A DNA stretch of 63,892 bases, filler included, from Octopus bimaculoides (Eukaryota), in NCBI RefSeq assembly GCF_001194135.2. It is 6 parts of 6 records of this genome, joined end to end, with 100 filler letters (N's around TTAATTAATTAA, not from the genome) between each part and the next. Parts side by side here need not be neighbours in the genome. Positions count along the whole stretch, not along the records: positions 20,048 to 27,604 come from NC_068982.1; positions 27,705 to 42,260 come from NC_068986.1; 4 more parts are not named here. The stretch is one strand, 5' to 3'. A program made the translations under genes and the position numbers. This document shows, piece after piece, positions 22,872-36,048 of this stretch (positions within the stretch are counted from its first letter, which is position 1; every line of letters starts with the position of its first letter). Under the pieces are notes generated by a model. That model was given only the letters and a program-made list of their open reading frames with translations. It was not told where the DNA came from and ran no database searches.

Positions 22872-22989
22872 AAGGATATTCAAGGTTACTGCAATACGAT
22901 CATTTCATGCGACTCCATTTATTTAAGCAATTGCTTAAATAAATGGAGTCGCATGGAACGATCGTACTGCAGTAACCTTGAATATCCTT
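22872..22989. repeat. 118-bp loopless palindrome
   Basis: Two 59-bp arms centred on GCAA|TTGC, with 3 mismatches. Confidence 0.95.
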
Positions 22990-23334
22990 GTTACTTATTT
23001 TGATTTTTGATCACCTTATTTTTGGGAATTGTTTGGATAATACCATACTAAATTCTGGTGCCTAAACTTAACTACCATATTCACTTTGAATCTAAATTTA
23101 TATATATATATATATATATATATANNNNNNNNNNNNNNNNNNNNNNNNNNNNNNNNNNNNNNNNNNNNNNNNNNNNNNNNNNNNNNNNNNNNNNNNNNNN
23201 NNNNNNNNNNNNNNNNNNNNNNNNNNNNNNNNNNNNNNNNNNNNNNNNNNNNNNNNNNNNNNNNNNNNNNNNNNNNNNNNNNNNNNNNNNNNNNNNNNNN
23301 NNNNNNNNNNNNNNNNNNNNNNNNNNNNNNNNNN

Positions 23335-23402
<68 letters not shown>

Positions 23403-23407
<5 letters not shown>

Positions 23408-24600
23408 TTGGGCTGAAAAGTTCATAGGATGACTATAAAGGAGTGATGCTTGAGATGTGAAATCTTTCATACATTAATATCAACTATTCTTATTAATAAT
23501 CTCATTGTTTCGTTCTAGGTAAACTGTCGTCTGAATGTTCAAAGAAGGCTTTTAATGTAACTGTTAGCTATTGGAGATATGAGGTCATCATCACTGCGAT
23601 ACTGGTTCTCAGCCAAGTGTTCTTTCATGTTAGGTAACAGATGATAGTTAAATAGGGTCAAATCAGGAACAGCAGCCATTAAAACTGAGGACTTGTGGGA
23701 TGGATTATTGTCCTGTTGAAACAAGACCCCTTACGTCAGTTTTGATCACCGTTCCTATTCAGGAGAATAGGGATGGTGATAACCAGTTCAAAGTCACAGT
23801 CACGCACAGTGTGCTGGAGTATTGTCCTGACAAAAAGGAACCCTTTCGTTAGCTTTTCTGGGTGTTTGGTCTTGACAGCCTTTCATAACTTTCTAAGCAA
23901 GTTGGCATAGTACACCCCATTGATGATGTGACCACTTTCAAGATAGCCAATAAAAATAATGTCTCTTGCACCCACAAAACCTGAACCATCACCTTCCCTG
24001 CAGATGAAACGACCGTAGCTTTCTTCGGAGCATGTGAGGAGGCGTGTTTCCACTGCATGGATTGTTTTTTTGTTTTGTCTCTGGCTCAAAGTGATGATAC
24101 TAATCCTGGCTTAGGAAACGTTCATGGAAACCAGCCGGATCTCTCTCAAGCAATTTCAGATTTTATTGTGATGTGATCAGCTTGGTGCATTTTTCAGCAG
24201 ATTTCAGAAGACGTTACACCTAAGTTCAATGTGTGTAATATTCACAACTCTCTCACTGGACATGCTAATCGCATTGCTTATTTGATTTATAGTCAATCGT
24301 CTGTCATTCATCACCATGTGGTAAAAAAGGTCAATATGTTCCTAGGTGGTAGCAGTTTCTGGACGTCTGAACTTCGGGTTATCTTCAAAACTCCGTTTCT
24401 CTATTAAATTCAACTGCTCACTTCTCCATTGTTGATCACCGTTGATAAAGCTGGAGCGTCACCCTCTAGTATAGCAACCATATCAGCACGAATGCCCTTG
24501 GAGCATGGGTGTAAAACCCTTTTTCTACCAGAGTTTGATAATACCACGACGCTAAGTTTTATCAACAATGGAAGTGACGTTAGAATTGTGAAATCTTGCA
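23403..24600 (-). mobile_element. DD34D mariner transposon, pseudogenised, one TIR retained
   Basis: TIR CGAGGTTGGGCTGAAAAGTTC at 23403; minus-strand fragments GIRADMVAILEGDAPALSTV, SSAGKVM, IIFIGYLESGHIINGVYYANLLRKL, FQQDNNPSHKS and HLLPNMKEHLA. Confidence 0.9.
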
Positions 24601-25426
24601 TATAACTTCTTTGTTTCTTTCCAGGTAAATGCCTTTTATCACAGAAGAATTAAAAAATACTTTTTAAACGGTCTTTCAATTTACTAAGTCCTGGCAATAT
24701 GGCAGTGGAAGTGCAGGAAACAGTAGCAATTTTGGATCTATAACATGACGTGTTAATAAATCCTTACACTAGCAGAAAGATTATATTTGGGTGAGCAATC
24801 TTCTAATATCCTTCCCAAAGATAAGAACTTGGATACGCTAAGCGACACCGATGCATTAGTTTGCCAATAAAGGTTGCTAATATTTACAAAGAAATTTTGT
24901 ATGTATGTATGTATGTATGTATGTATGTGTGTGTGGATGTAAATACTCACACACACACATACGCTCACACACAGACACACACATACATATATACATACAT
25001 ATATACATACATATATACATACATATATACATACATCGATACATACATATACACATACATATATACACACACAAACACAGATATGTGTATGTGTATATGT
25101 ATATATTCATGTAGTAAGACCAGATACTTTTCAATAATCCTCTTAAAAATACCTCTTAGGTCCAACACAATTCGTCAAAAGATAATCAGTTTTATTATCT
25201 ATTTGGCGAAGAAGGCTGAAACTTCCATTTCACGCTACAAAGACTTGTTGATATTTCCTAAGCATATTGCCAAATAAACACTTTTATTTCTTATTACCGT
25301 ATGTGTTTCACATGGCGTATGAAATGTGAGTAATGACCTCCTAGTTAAACAGCGAATATTAACCCTATGCTATACATTGCATAATCCTTTCGTTTGTACA
25401 TGATACCTATGCATATAATATCAAAT

Positions 25427-25497
<71 letters not shown>

Positions 25498-26737
25498 CGA
25501 CCTCGTTAATAGGTTTGTTGAATAGGCCAAACGACTGTTTTTATCTTCTGAAAATGGGCCTTTGCGTTTGAAATATGAAGGGTTTATTAAACTTACTGCA
25601 TTGCTAAATTCTTTCTATTTTNNNNNNNNNNNNNNNNNNNNNNNNNNNNNNNNNNNNNNNNNNNNNNNNNNNNNNNNNNNNNNNNNNNNNNNNNNNNNNN
25701 NNNNNNNNNNNNNNNNNNNNNNNNNNNNNNNNNNNNNNNNNNNNNNNNNNNNNNNNNNNNNNNNNNNNNNNNNNNNNNNNNNNNNNNNNNNNNNNNNNNN
25801 NNNNNNNNNNNNNNNNNNNNNNNNNNNNNNNNNNNNNNNNNNNNNNNNNNNNNNNNNNNNNNNNNNNNNNNNNNNNNNNNNNNNNNNNNNNNNNNNNNNN
25901 NNNNNNNNNNNNNNNNNNNNNNNNNNNNNNNNNNNNNNNNNNNNNNNNNNNNATATATATATATATATATATATAGTTTCGAATGGGAAGAGGTTGCTCT
26001 TTGACGGGGATCTATTGTATTCAAACGTACACCGGTTTAGCTCCATATCGATTAATATGCTTTGGATTTCATTAATTTCTGTTAGTATCAGTGTTAACAT
26101 TTATGAAGTTCCAACTGTTGTTATACATTTTTATCTAAATAAACAAAAATTGTAATAAAAATTGAAATTCTTACAACTAAAGAAGTAGAAGTTAAATAAA
26201 TATATTGATTTGGATTCTTGCTAACATATATATTTTATTTTGATCCTTTTCACAAGTGAGTAGAGATAGGAGTTATAGCCAGCCTTTATAAAACCGATCT
26301 AAGGAGAATGATAGTATGACCTAGTTCCTCAGAACTACAGCTAGTCATTTTCTACTGCGGTTGTAGTTTAAATTCAAGCTATTTTTAGAAAGAAATCTAA
26401 ACGACACACATGCTGACAAACACAAACACACAAAAGCATGCAGCTATCTCAGTCTGTAACCAAGTCTCCATCCATTAGGATGTGAACGAATATTTTTGAA
26501 TTTTAGCCCTGAAGAGATTTTTACCTTTTAAATGCATAATGCAATCTTAAATGCAAAATATGAATGAAGGTAAAGCGATATGAAATTGTGACTCTTATGT
26601 AAATAAATTGATTTTTTTCTGTATTCAAACTCTCCATTTTCCTCATATATATATATATATATATATATAATGTTTTTTTTTTTTCAGAATGAAATAGAAA
26701 ACCAAAGCTGTGAAGATTTTAGAACATTTATAAATAG

Positions 26738-26785
26738 GTCTTACAGCTATTTCCAGGATATTTATTATATCCCTTCATCGGAGAC
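26738..26785 (-). ncRNA. degenerate type I hammerhead motif (same stem III/stem I type as 14221)
   Basis: Minus strand: GTCT-CCGATGA-AGGGATA-TAATAAA-TATCCTG-GAAA-TAGCTG-TA-AGAC; U4 to C and C15.2 to U. Confidence 0.6.
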
Positions 26786-26840
26786 GGTGTGAGAGGATGG
26801 TTAAGCAATAGTTAATTGAGATTAGTGGTTAGGAGATTAG

Positions 26841-26900
26841 GCTTAGTGGTTAGGACATTTGTGTCACAGTCGTAAAGTTGTGAGTTTCATTTCGGGTGGA
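26841..26900 (+). mobile_element. SINE head C fragment
   Basis: GCTTAGTGGTTAGGAC...GTCGTAAAGTTGTGAGTTTCATTTC. Confidence 0.6.
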
Positions 26901-27191
26901 TCGTTGTGGCAAAAATGACTTGTACCTAGAATTTAAAACGCCAGTATCGTCACATTCTCAGCCATACATTCTCAGTCAGGAGGAGGCTGTCCCGTTAAAC
27001 GAATTAACTAGGACACTTGTTCTAAGAGACGGCATGTCAGAATTTTGCACGCGCGCATGTATGTGTTGGTGTGTATATTTATAATCTATAACCTTCCAGC
27101 ATATTACTTCTAAAATTTCTCTTAAACAAATTATATCTCATTTTATATATTATATATATAATATATACAATTCTGAAAATTAGATAAAGTC

Positions 27192-27350
27192 GCAGGTGTG
27201 GCTGTCCGGTAAGAAGCGTACTTCCCAACAACATGATTCTCGGTTCAGTACTACGGCGTGGCACCTTGGGTAGGTGTCTTCTGCTATAAACTCGAGCTGA
27301 CGAAAGCCTTGTGAATAGATTTGGTGGACGGAAACTGGAAGAAGCCCATT
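27192..27350 (+). mobile_element. SINE family A head
   Basis: GCAGGTGTGGCTGTCCGGTAAGAAG...GAAACTGGAAGAAGCCC. Confidence 0.88.
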
Positions 27351-27451
27351 ATATATATATGGTAGAATATACGAAAAAACAACAACAGACGAGGACAGGT
27401 GGTGTAAATAACAAAAGGGTGTATTAGTATGACGCTCGGGAATACGGAAAG

Positions 27452-27488
27452 TCTTTGACGTTTCGAGCTACGCTCTTCAACAGAAAGA
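27452..27488 (-). ncRNA. minimal type I hammerhead motif with CUGUUGA core variant
   Basis: Minus strand: TCTTT-CTGTTGA-A-GAGC-GTA-GCTC-GAAA-CG-TC-AAAGA; perfect stems I and II, ACGT palindrome, GUC triplet. Confidence 0.7.
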
Positions 27489-27704
27489 ATACGGAGACAA
27501 GGAGAAAAACACGGAGAAAAAAAATTGAATAGTGTCCAGTCAACGGTCAATCATAATAATGACTGATCATAACAATGACTGACCGGAAGTTAGAAATTCT
27601 TTTTNNNNNNNNNNNNNNNNNNNNNNNNNNNNNNNNNNNNNNNNNNNNTTAATTAATTAANNNNNNNNNNNNNNNNNNNNNNNNNNNNNNNNNNNNNNNN
27701 NNNN

Positions 27705-27736
<32 letters not shown>

Positions 27737-30118
27737 TTATAATTTTGTATTTTAATGAAGAAACTTGAACCTATGCACCTGGTTTTCTCGCAGAGAGATG
27801 TGTGAAGTGATCTTAGCTTTATTGATTGGCATGTTTTAATTCCCATGTTGAATTATTCTTTTTACGTATACCAATTTGCAGATAAACCAAAGTCTTGATG
27901 TAATTATGCGAATATAGTTTTATTCGTTACATTGCTCAGTTTTAAAGGTAATTATATTGTTGACCGCAATATTCATATTTTTTGTGTATATTTCTGTTTA
28001 ATAGGATACTATACTATTAGTACCGATAATGGATTACGGTCATTGCAACACCTTTATACTGTCACAGCTGTTAATCCACTTCTACTCTATTACAACAGAT
28101 ATTGGAGCATTCTTTGAGAGCTATGAATAGCTGTATAGCGATAAACACCAAAAGTAACAAGTGAACAGCTTGATTGTCGGAATAACAATATAATTATAAA
28201 GATATATATATATATATATATTTGCCTAATAGCAATAGCATATAGTGAATATAGTATCAGTTGAGGGAAATCAGGTACTTCTAAATATGTAGAAATAATC
28301 ATGAAGTATATGTGGTATTATTATTGTTGTTTTAGGAGGAAATATTTAAGAGACCAGTAGAGTGAGAGTTATAGCAATAAATAAGCAATTGCTATAATAG
28401 TGAGAGCTGTATGAATGTATATGTACGAAAGGTAAAAGGTTAAAGTTACAGTTGAGAGACAGGTGGGACAATATATATGTAGTATAACTATTTTGAATGC
28501 GTGCCGTGAGAGTGTATGAATAGTAGTAGTGTAATATGCACGACAGTCCATATGTAGAACTTTTGAGGAGAGATGTGACAGGATATATATAATAGTAGCC
28601 GTGAAAAGAGAGCTGAGATGGTGCATGTATAAGATTAATAGTCAAGTGAGAGCTATGACACAATATTTATAGGAGTTATACTATGATTTGTGGAGGCATC
28701 TTAGTACAAATAGTGGGATGAGAGAGATGACAGGATACTCGTGTAGCAAACCGGTGGCTGATATCGCAAAGGAAAACTACTCGAGAAGTACAAATGACTC
28801 GAAGGCCACAAGCTCGCAACCACATATTGACTTTCGACTTCTTTAAACACAGTGTGCGACAGAAAAATTCCTACTCTTAATTTGATGCATGTTAATTAGT
28901 GAAGTTGAAAAGGTTGTAACGGTGTCTTGATGTAGTTAATATTTTACCGTTTTTTTTCCCAGTTACCACCCTGGTTCTGACCGGTGCACTCTATGTATTT
29001 GTTGTTGAAACGTTTGCCAACCTATAAAATGTTGGAAGTTAGTACCTATAACGACATGCCTCTCTGTTGACGACATTCTCGGCGGCCGCATGTGGCCAGC
29101 CTATTTGTAAAAATCGTTACCTTCATTCCTGTAGGAAAAATGTACGCTGCATTCTGTTGAATGGAAATCATTTGTCGGTTGAAGCATACAATGTCTTGCA
29201 TTGAAAACCTCGTATTAAGCTGCTACGAAAATCAAATCAATATTGCACAAAATAGACTACTGCAGGATATTACGAAAAAGTCAATTCAGCCTTTTGCATT
29301 TTAACAGACTGGGTGTATACAGCCAAGTACCAAGTAGAGTAAAACACGTGTTATTTGAGGCTATTTACACCTCTTGGTTCCTCTTTTCCCAAGATGAGAC
29401 TGTAAAGAAACTATTACAAAAACCATATAAACTACACCCCTCCCTATTGACAAAAGATGACAGATTTTTTCAGCTGTGTACCTCACTTATCGGTCGTAGC
29501 ATAAAATGAATTATACAGCCTACAAGATTTTCGCTTCCTTACACTGAATAAAATATGGATGTAAAATTTAAAGTTGCAATACATTTCTGCTTACAAGTCT
29601 GTTACAAGCCATCGCAGCTTATAGCTACAAGCCACTACAGCTTATATTACTGTTAAAGCCAATGCCCTTTACATACTGCCACACAACACGAAAGCTTACA
29701 TTTACAAGCCACGATATTTACAATCTATTGCGTCTTAAATTAAGTTTACGTGCCTAAAATCTAGTTACAAGGCATGGCAGACTAAAGTTTATAAGCCATT
29801 GTATTTTACAGCTGCACACTGCTCGTTCATAGCAGTAGCGGAATCTCTACTTCGGACGAACAGATTCTTTTAGTTAATCACAATAAAGACATGGGCTTAA
29901 TTGAACGATAGCCCAAAGCAGGAAAATATCTGTTTTATTTCCTTTTGCTTACCCATCTGAGAGGAACTGTAATTCACAAACAGCAAGTGTGGGGCATTTT
30001 TTTTACACATGAATTGCTTGGTACACGAACTTTTTTTTATAAACATTGCTTCGAACATATTGATGTATCTAGGTCCTTCGTGCAAGTACAGAAAATGCTG
30101 ACTTATATTACTTTCAAA

Positions 30119-30171
<53 letters not shown>

Positions 30172-30299
30172 GTGCAAATATGTAAACCTAGTTTGCTGTA
30201 TTTGTTATAATCTCAGTGTCTGTAGCCATCATTATTTGCTGTATATGTGAAGGGTAGAGGATTTAGAGCTGTAGCAATATAAGAAGGAATTGCAATGAC

Positions 30300-30470
30300 T
30301 ATAATGCAGTATCATCGTAGATGTAAAATATTCCATGAAATTGTTGAAATGACAGTGGTAAAGTAACATTCATAATTATATATGAGCCTGTAGAGTATCG
30401 TTAATAGCATAGCAGTAACGATATGGCTATTAAAAGGTAGAGTAACGGTGAGAACAGCGATGGGTCGGTC
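30300..30470 (-). mobile_element. possible very old RT remnant
   Basis: Minus strand reads ...SPLLYLL... then IYDDTAL, resembling LSPxLF...YADD. Weak. Confidence 0.25.
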
Positions 30471-30694
30471 GCAGTGTGTAGCAGCAGAGGCAGGAAGTAG
30501 AAAAAGAACACGAATTCCGACAGTAATCACCGTTAACCATTTCGATTGCTGTAGAGTAAAAAATAAGATTCTGAGTTTTATATTAGTCGTTCTGTTTCGC
30601 ATGGCAACACTTTGAGAACATTGCCACCTATACATGCTCAAAACACGCTCCTACGAAATCCACTAACACGAACAGAAACAAGCTCCCTAAAAAG

Positions 30695-32767
30695 AAAAAA
30701 AAATATTCATCAGGCGCATCTAAAGACTCAATAAAAAATCAACCAATTAAAATACTCCCACATACAACATCCACATTCAGCAACAATGAAAAGGCTGGAG
30801 TTGGAAAAACTTCATCTGCAGACCGACATGAAAACCTCCTTTGAAAATCAAAGAGCTGCGGAGGAACAGTGGGTATTCAAATACATCAAACACAACCCAA
30901 TAGTGTTCTATATTTATGCAAATAAGAATAGAACCGCTGTCTCACCTTTTGGGCCATTGATCAATGATAACGACATTCTCCAACACGATGCTAAAGAAAT
31001 GGCAGAAATACTGCAGAAACAATACTGCCGTGTCTTTAGTGATCCTACTGATATTGACGTAAGAGAAGCGAAAGAAGTTGATTCCCAACATAAAATCTCG
31101 GACGTAACCTTCACTGCTTCAGACATCATAGCAGCAATAAATGAGGTCAAATACTATTTTGCTGTAGGCCCCGATAGATTCCTCGCAAGTCTCCTGAAGG
31201 AATATAGACACCAACTTGCAGTCCCTCTGACCAACCTCTGGAGAAATTCTTTAGACTCAGGTTATATACCGAAACAGCTCCAATCCCAGTCTGTCATCTC
31301 GGTTTTCAAACAGGGAAACAGATCCCTCGCAGTCAGCTATCACCCAATCTCACTCACCTCCCACATCATTAAAGTGTTTGAAAGGATGGTATGATCAAGG
31401 ATAGCTGACTTCCTGGAGACCCACAGAATCCTAAATGCAAACCAGCATGGCTTTCGCTGTGGCAGGGACTGTCTAACACAGCTCTTAAACCACATTGAAG
31501 ATATACTTAAAACCTTGGGAACAGGTTCGAACGCTGATGTCATATATCTTGACTTCAGTATAGCGTTCGACAGGGTTGACCATAATATCATACTCACAAA
31601 ATTGGCAAACGTTGGAATCTGTTGAAAACTTCTACACTGGATTAAGTATTTCCTGAAGAATAGAACACAAGAAGTTGTGGTCGATGGAGTCCACTAAAGC
31701 CCAGCAAAAGTCACCAGTGGTGTCCCTCAGGGGACTGTCTTGGGCGCGCTCATCTTTATAATTTACATAAATGACCTTTCCAACGCCGTAAATCACTGCA
31801 AAGTGAAAATATTTGCTGTTGGCACTAAGCTCCAGCAAATCATCAATGAACAAGAAGACCGAACTCAACTCCAGTCTGCTCTATATACTGTGAGTCAATG
31901 GGCAGACAAAAACAAAATGAAACTGAACGAGGGAAAATTTGAGCTGATGCATTTTGGAAGAAAGTCTATACTGAAACAGCCATACTCTCTTCCTTCAGGG
32001 TAACCGCTCACGGCATCAAATAATATCAGAGATCTGGGCGTAATTGTTGACAACAATCTAATTTGGAGTGCCCACATCAACAATAAGGTCAATAGAGTTC
32101 GTAGGATGAGCTCCTGAATCTTAAGAACCTTTCGGTCCAGAGAACAAGGTGTCATCATTCCACTTTTCTCCTCCTTTGTACGGCCACACATCGAATACTG
32201 CTGCCCCTTGTGGTCTCCCCATACAAAACAAAACATCTCGTGGATTGAATCACCACAGAGGTCACTCTATAAACGAACTGAAGGCATGACTGATCTCGAT
32301 TACTGGGACCACCTTCAAGCCTTGAAGCTCTACTCTCTCCAGCGCCGCCGCAAGCGGTACATACATCATCTGTACGATGTGGAGATTATACCGCCAGCAT
32401 TGCCCAAATGACCTGAACATTAGTTTCAAGGTTCGTCCAAGACTGGGACCACGGACCATACGTCCCCTGCCCAATTCAGGATCACAACATATAGGTACAC
32501 TGCGGCATAATTTCTTTTCCTCAACAGGCCCTGTCCAGTTTAACATTGTCCCGAAACAGATAAAAGAGGAAAAGGATCCTATCTAAACAGATTTCTTCAA
32601 GGAATACCAGATAAGCCAGCCACATCTGGATACAACTCACTACTTCAATGGAACATCAACAATACTTGACTTAAAAAGGATTTAGATAATCCTATCAGGT
32701 GGTCCTATTAAGTTAGACATGGCCTAGACCAATCTTTGGTCGAAACTTATCTAAGTTTATCTAAGTT
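30695..32767 (+). mobile_element. CR1/L2-group LINE, 5'-truncated, RT pseudogene plus 3'UTR
   Basis: SYHPISLTSHIIKVFER, QHGFRCGRDCLTQLL, YLDFSIAFDRVDH, SGVPQGTVLGALIFIIYINDL, FAVGTK (from FADDTK), RDLGVIVD, VRPHIEYCCPLWSP, LYSLQRRR. Multiple stops; ends in a TTATCTAAGT x2 short repeat. Confidence 0.95.
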
Positions 32768-33236
32768 CATATATATATANNNNNNNNNNNNNNNNNNNNN
32801 NNNNNNNNNNNNNNNNNNNNNNNNNNNNNNNNNNNNNNNNNNNNNNNNNNNNNNNNNNNNNNNNNNNNNNNNNNNNNNNNNNNNNNNNNNNNNNNNNNNN
32901 NNNNNNNNNNNNNNNNNNNNNNNNNNNNNNNNNNNNNNNNNNNNNNNNNNNNNNNNNNNNNNNNNNNNNNNNNNNNNNNNNNNNNNNNNNNNNNNNNNNN
33001 NNNNNNNNNNNNNNNNNNNNNNNNNNNNNNNNNNNNNNNNNNNNNNNNNNNNNNNNNNNNNNNNNNNNNNNNNNNNNNNNNNNNNNNNNNNNNNNNNNNN
33101 NNNNNNNNNNNNNNNNNNNNNNNNNNNNNNNNNNNNNNNNNNNNNNNNNNNNNNNNNNNNNNNNNNNNNNNNNNNNTATATATATATATATATGTTTATA
33201 TATATATGTATATATGTATATATATATATATGTATG

Positions 33237-33285
<49 letters not shown>

Positions 33286-33315
33286 ATATATATATATATG
33301 TATATATTTATATAT

Positions 33316-33558
33316 GTGGAGACGCATGGCTTAGTGGTTAGGGTGCCAGTACTATGATTGTAAGATCGTGGTTTCGATTCCTGGACCGGGCGACGCATTG
33401 TGTTTTTGAGCAAAACACTTCATTTCACGTTGCTCCAGTCCACTCAGCTGGCAAAAATGAGTAACGTTGCGATGGACTGGCAGCCCGTCCAGCTGGAGAA
33501 CGCATACGCCATTGAAATCGGGCCCATGAGCCTGGCTAGGCTTTAAAAGGGCGCATTT
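33316..33558 (+). mobile_element. tRNA-derived SINE: head C + tail 2
   Basis: A box TGGCTTAGTGG, B box GGTTTCGATTCC; tail GCGATGGACTGG...CATGAGCCTGGCTAGG. Confidence 0.9.
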
Positions 33559-34175
33559 AATTTTAATATATATATATATTAAGAAACCAGACGTTTATAT
33601 AAAGTGCGGCATTATATTTTCAAATTCATTTCAATATTATTTTTTATCAAATAAGACCGAGTGTACAGTATTTCTAAAGAAAGGATATGAAATGGTATAA
33701 AATAATTAGTTATGTCAGTGAAGAAAATAAACCTTTACTGCGAATGTATACAAATTGCTCTCTTCAGAAGCTTATCGTTACACCAAGGCAGTTGCAAGAA
33801 TTTCCTAAAATAGTGTTACATGAAAAATGTTGAAATGATAAAAATAAACGGAGGAAATATGTTAGGAAACTTTTAAAAAATTGATGGTAAGAGTAAAAAA
33901 TAACTAAAAGAAATGACCTTTAAAACGTGCCATTTTTTTAAAAGCTTGTCTTTAAAAGTTGGAAGAAAACTTTTGCTGTTTAAATATCTAACATTTTTGA
34001 GGCTTTATAATTTGCATTAAACGTTTAAAGTACACACACACACACACACAAGTATATGTGTCTGTGACTGTGTCTTTGTGAGGTGTATACGCATGTGTTT
34101 ATCTACAGATACACACGCGCACGCACACACACACATGCACGCACGCACACACACATAACCAACAAACACACACAC

Positions 34176-34218
<43 letters not shown>

Positions 34219-34714
34219 GCACACACAAACACACATATACACAGAGACGCACAGTCTTTAAAAGCTAATAACAGTTGCAAACTCAAGGAATTTTGCAATC
34301 AAACCACTGCACTGGATCGCGGCCTCATAAATAAATAGTTCTGAAATTGTCTTCTGTAATGATTCCTTTAAATATTAAAACGTCAAAAAGTTGAAAATAA
34401 GAAAGTCATTAAAAGTAGTCAAATTTTGACCTTTTGACATCTGTCCAATAAAGTGTTTATTGATGTATTACAAAGTTATTAAATACAATAACAGCAACAC
34501 TACTTTGAAGTCGGCGTGTTGTTTTTCGAGAGTGACCGCTTAAATACTTTGATGTGAGGAAATTTGGCAGAGCAATAGTTAAAATTGCAGAATGACAACA
34601 TTTGCACATACATACATATGTGCATACACCAATACACACATACACACATACACCATACACACATTCATACACTTACAAGTATGTGCGTGTATGTCTTGTA
34701 TGCATGTGCTGATG

Positions 34715-34870
34715 TGCAGTGATGCGTTTGAAAAGTTCACTACACACGCACATGGTTCCGGATCGTTCCCACAATGTTACAATTCGGGCAAATGTTTTCT
34801 AGTGTAGATTTGGTTTGTTGAATTATTTGTGGGTGAAATCTGGAAGTCTGTAGACAGATACTATCGTATA
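34715..34870 (+). mobile_element. old SINE family A copy
   Basis: ACATGGTTCCGG...GGGCAAATGTTTTCTAG, followed by (CA)n. Confidence 0.55.
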
Positions 34871-34996
34871 TACATACATACAAACTTACATGTGTGTGTG
34901 TATGTGCGGTGTGTGCGTGTGGTGAGTATAAATGTATATACATACATGTACATACATACATGCATACACACACACATACACACACACACGCACACA

Positions 34997-35083
<87 letters not shown>

Positions 35084-35910
35084 TAATCAAAGCATACATA
35101 CCTGCTGAAAATAAGAGCTAAAACCCTCATTTGGACCACCAAAAACATATTTTACACTGATTCAACAGTATACGAACGAGCGAACCGAAAAAGCTATGTA
35201 TTTAATGGAATAAATATATATGTGGAGGCTTTCTGGTTTGATACAAAGTTCTTGACTTCTTTAGCACAGCGTAACCCTTTGAAACATCTTCCCAGTCCGC
35301 CACGATGAAATCTGTTGGCGTCCTTAATTGCTTAGCGCCAAATTGTTGAGAACCTCAGTGTGAAAATTACTAATCAGCATCAAAAATATTCAGAAGCGAA
35401 TATTTATATAAATATTGATATTGTTATTATTATCGAAGGCAATACAAATAATGGTCGCATGCCTAAATCTGTATTTTGTACCTATAGAATTAAAATGACA
35501 TTAATCAAAGAACACATTAAAGTAGTATGCTTGTATACATGTAGCTACCAGTGTATCATACTTAATGTAAATACATCACAAAAGGTAAAATATAGAATGC
35601 TATTGCGCCTGAGATGATATATCTTATGGATGCGCTATGTTTAAAAATGCAATATATACCGCCTGTAGCCAAAATAAGTCCTGGCAGCGGATGGTGAGAA
35701 TGTTAGATGCATCTCTGCGTCTTGGGCGTTGTCAATAGCAAGTACCCACAGCCAACCGCATGCCAAGACGAAATTTATCGACATCAACATCAGAAAACAG
35801 TGAATAATTAATCACTGATATTGTAAATAATATCTCCTCTCTAGCTGAAATATACATATACATACATACATACATACATACATACATACATACATACATA
35901 CATGCATACA

Positions 35911-35951
<41 letters not shown>

Positions 35952-36048
35952 GTGTGTATATAAAACCGGAAAACTTGGGCTTAATCGGGAAAAGTTTCGT
36001 TGTTGTGTTATGAATGCGTAGCAGGCGGATGACCCATATGATAATCTA

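Noticed and set aside
28346-28680. Two overlapping minus-strand ORFs (105 and 85 aa) with strand-biased composition
   Set aside because: No recognisable motif; possibly an ancient LINE tail, but I cannot support an assignment.
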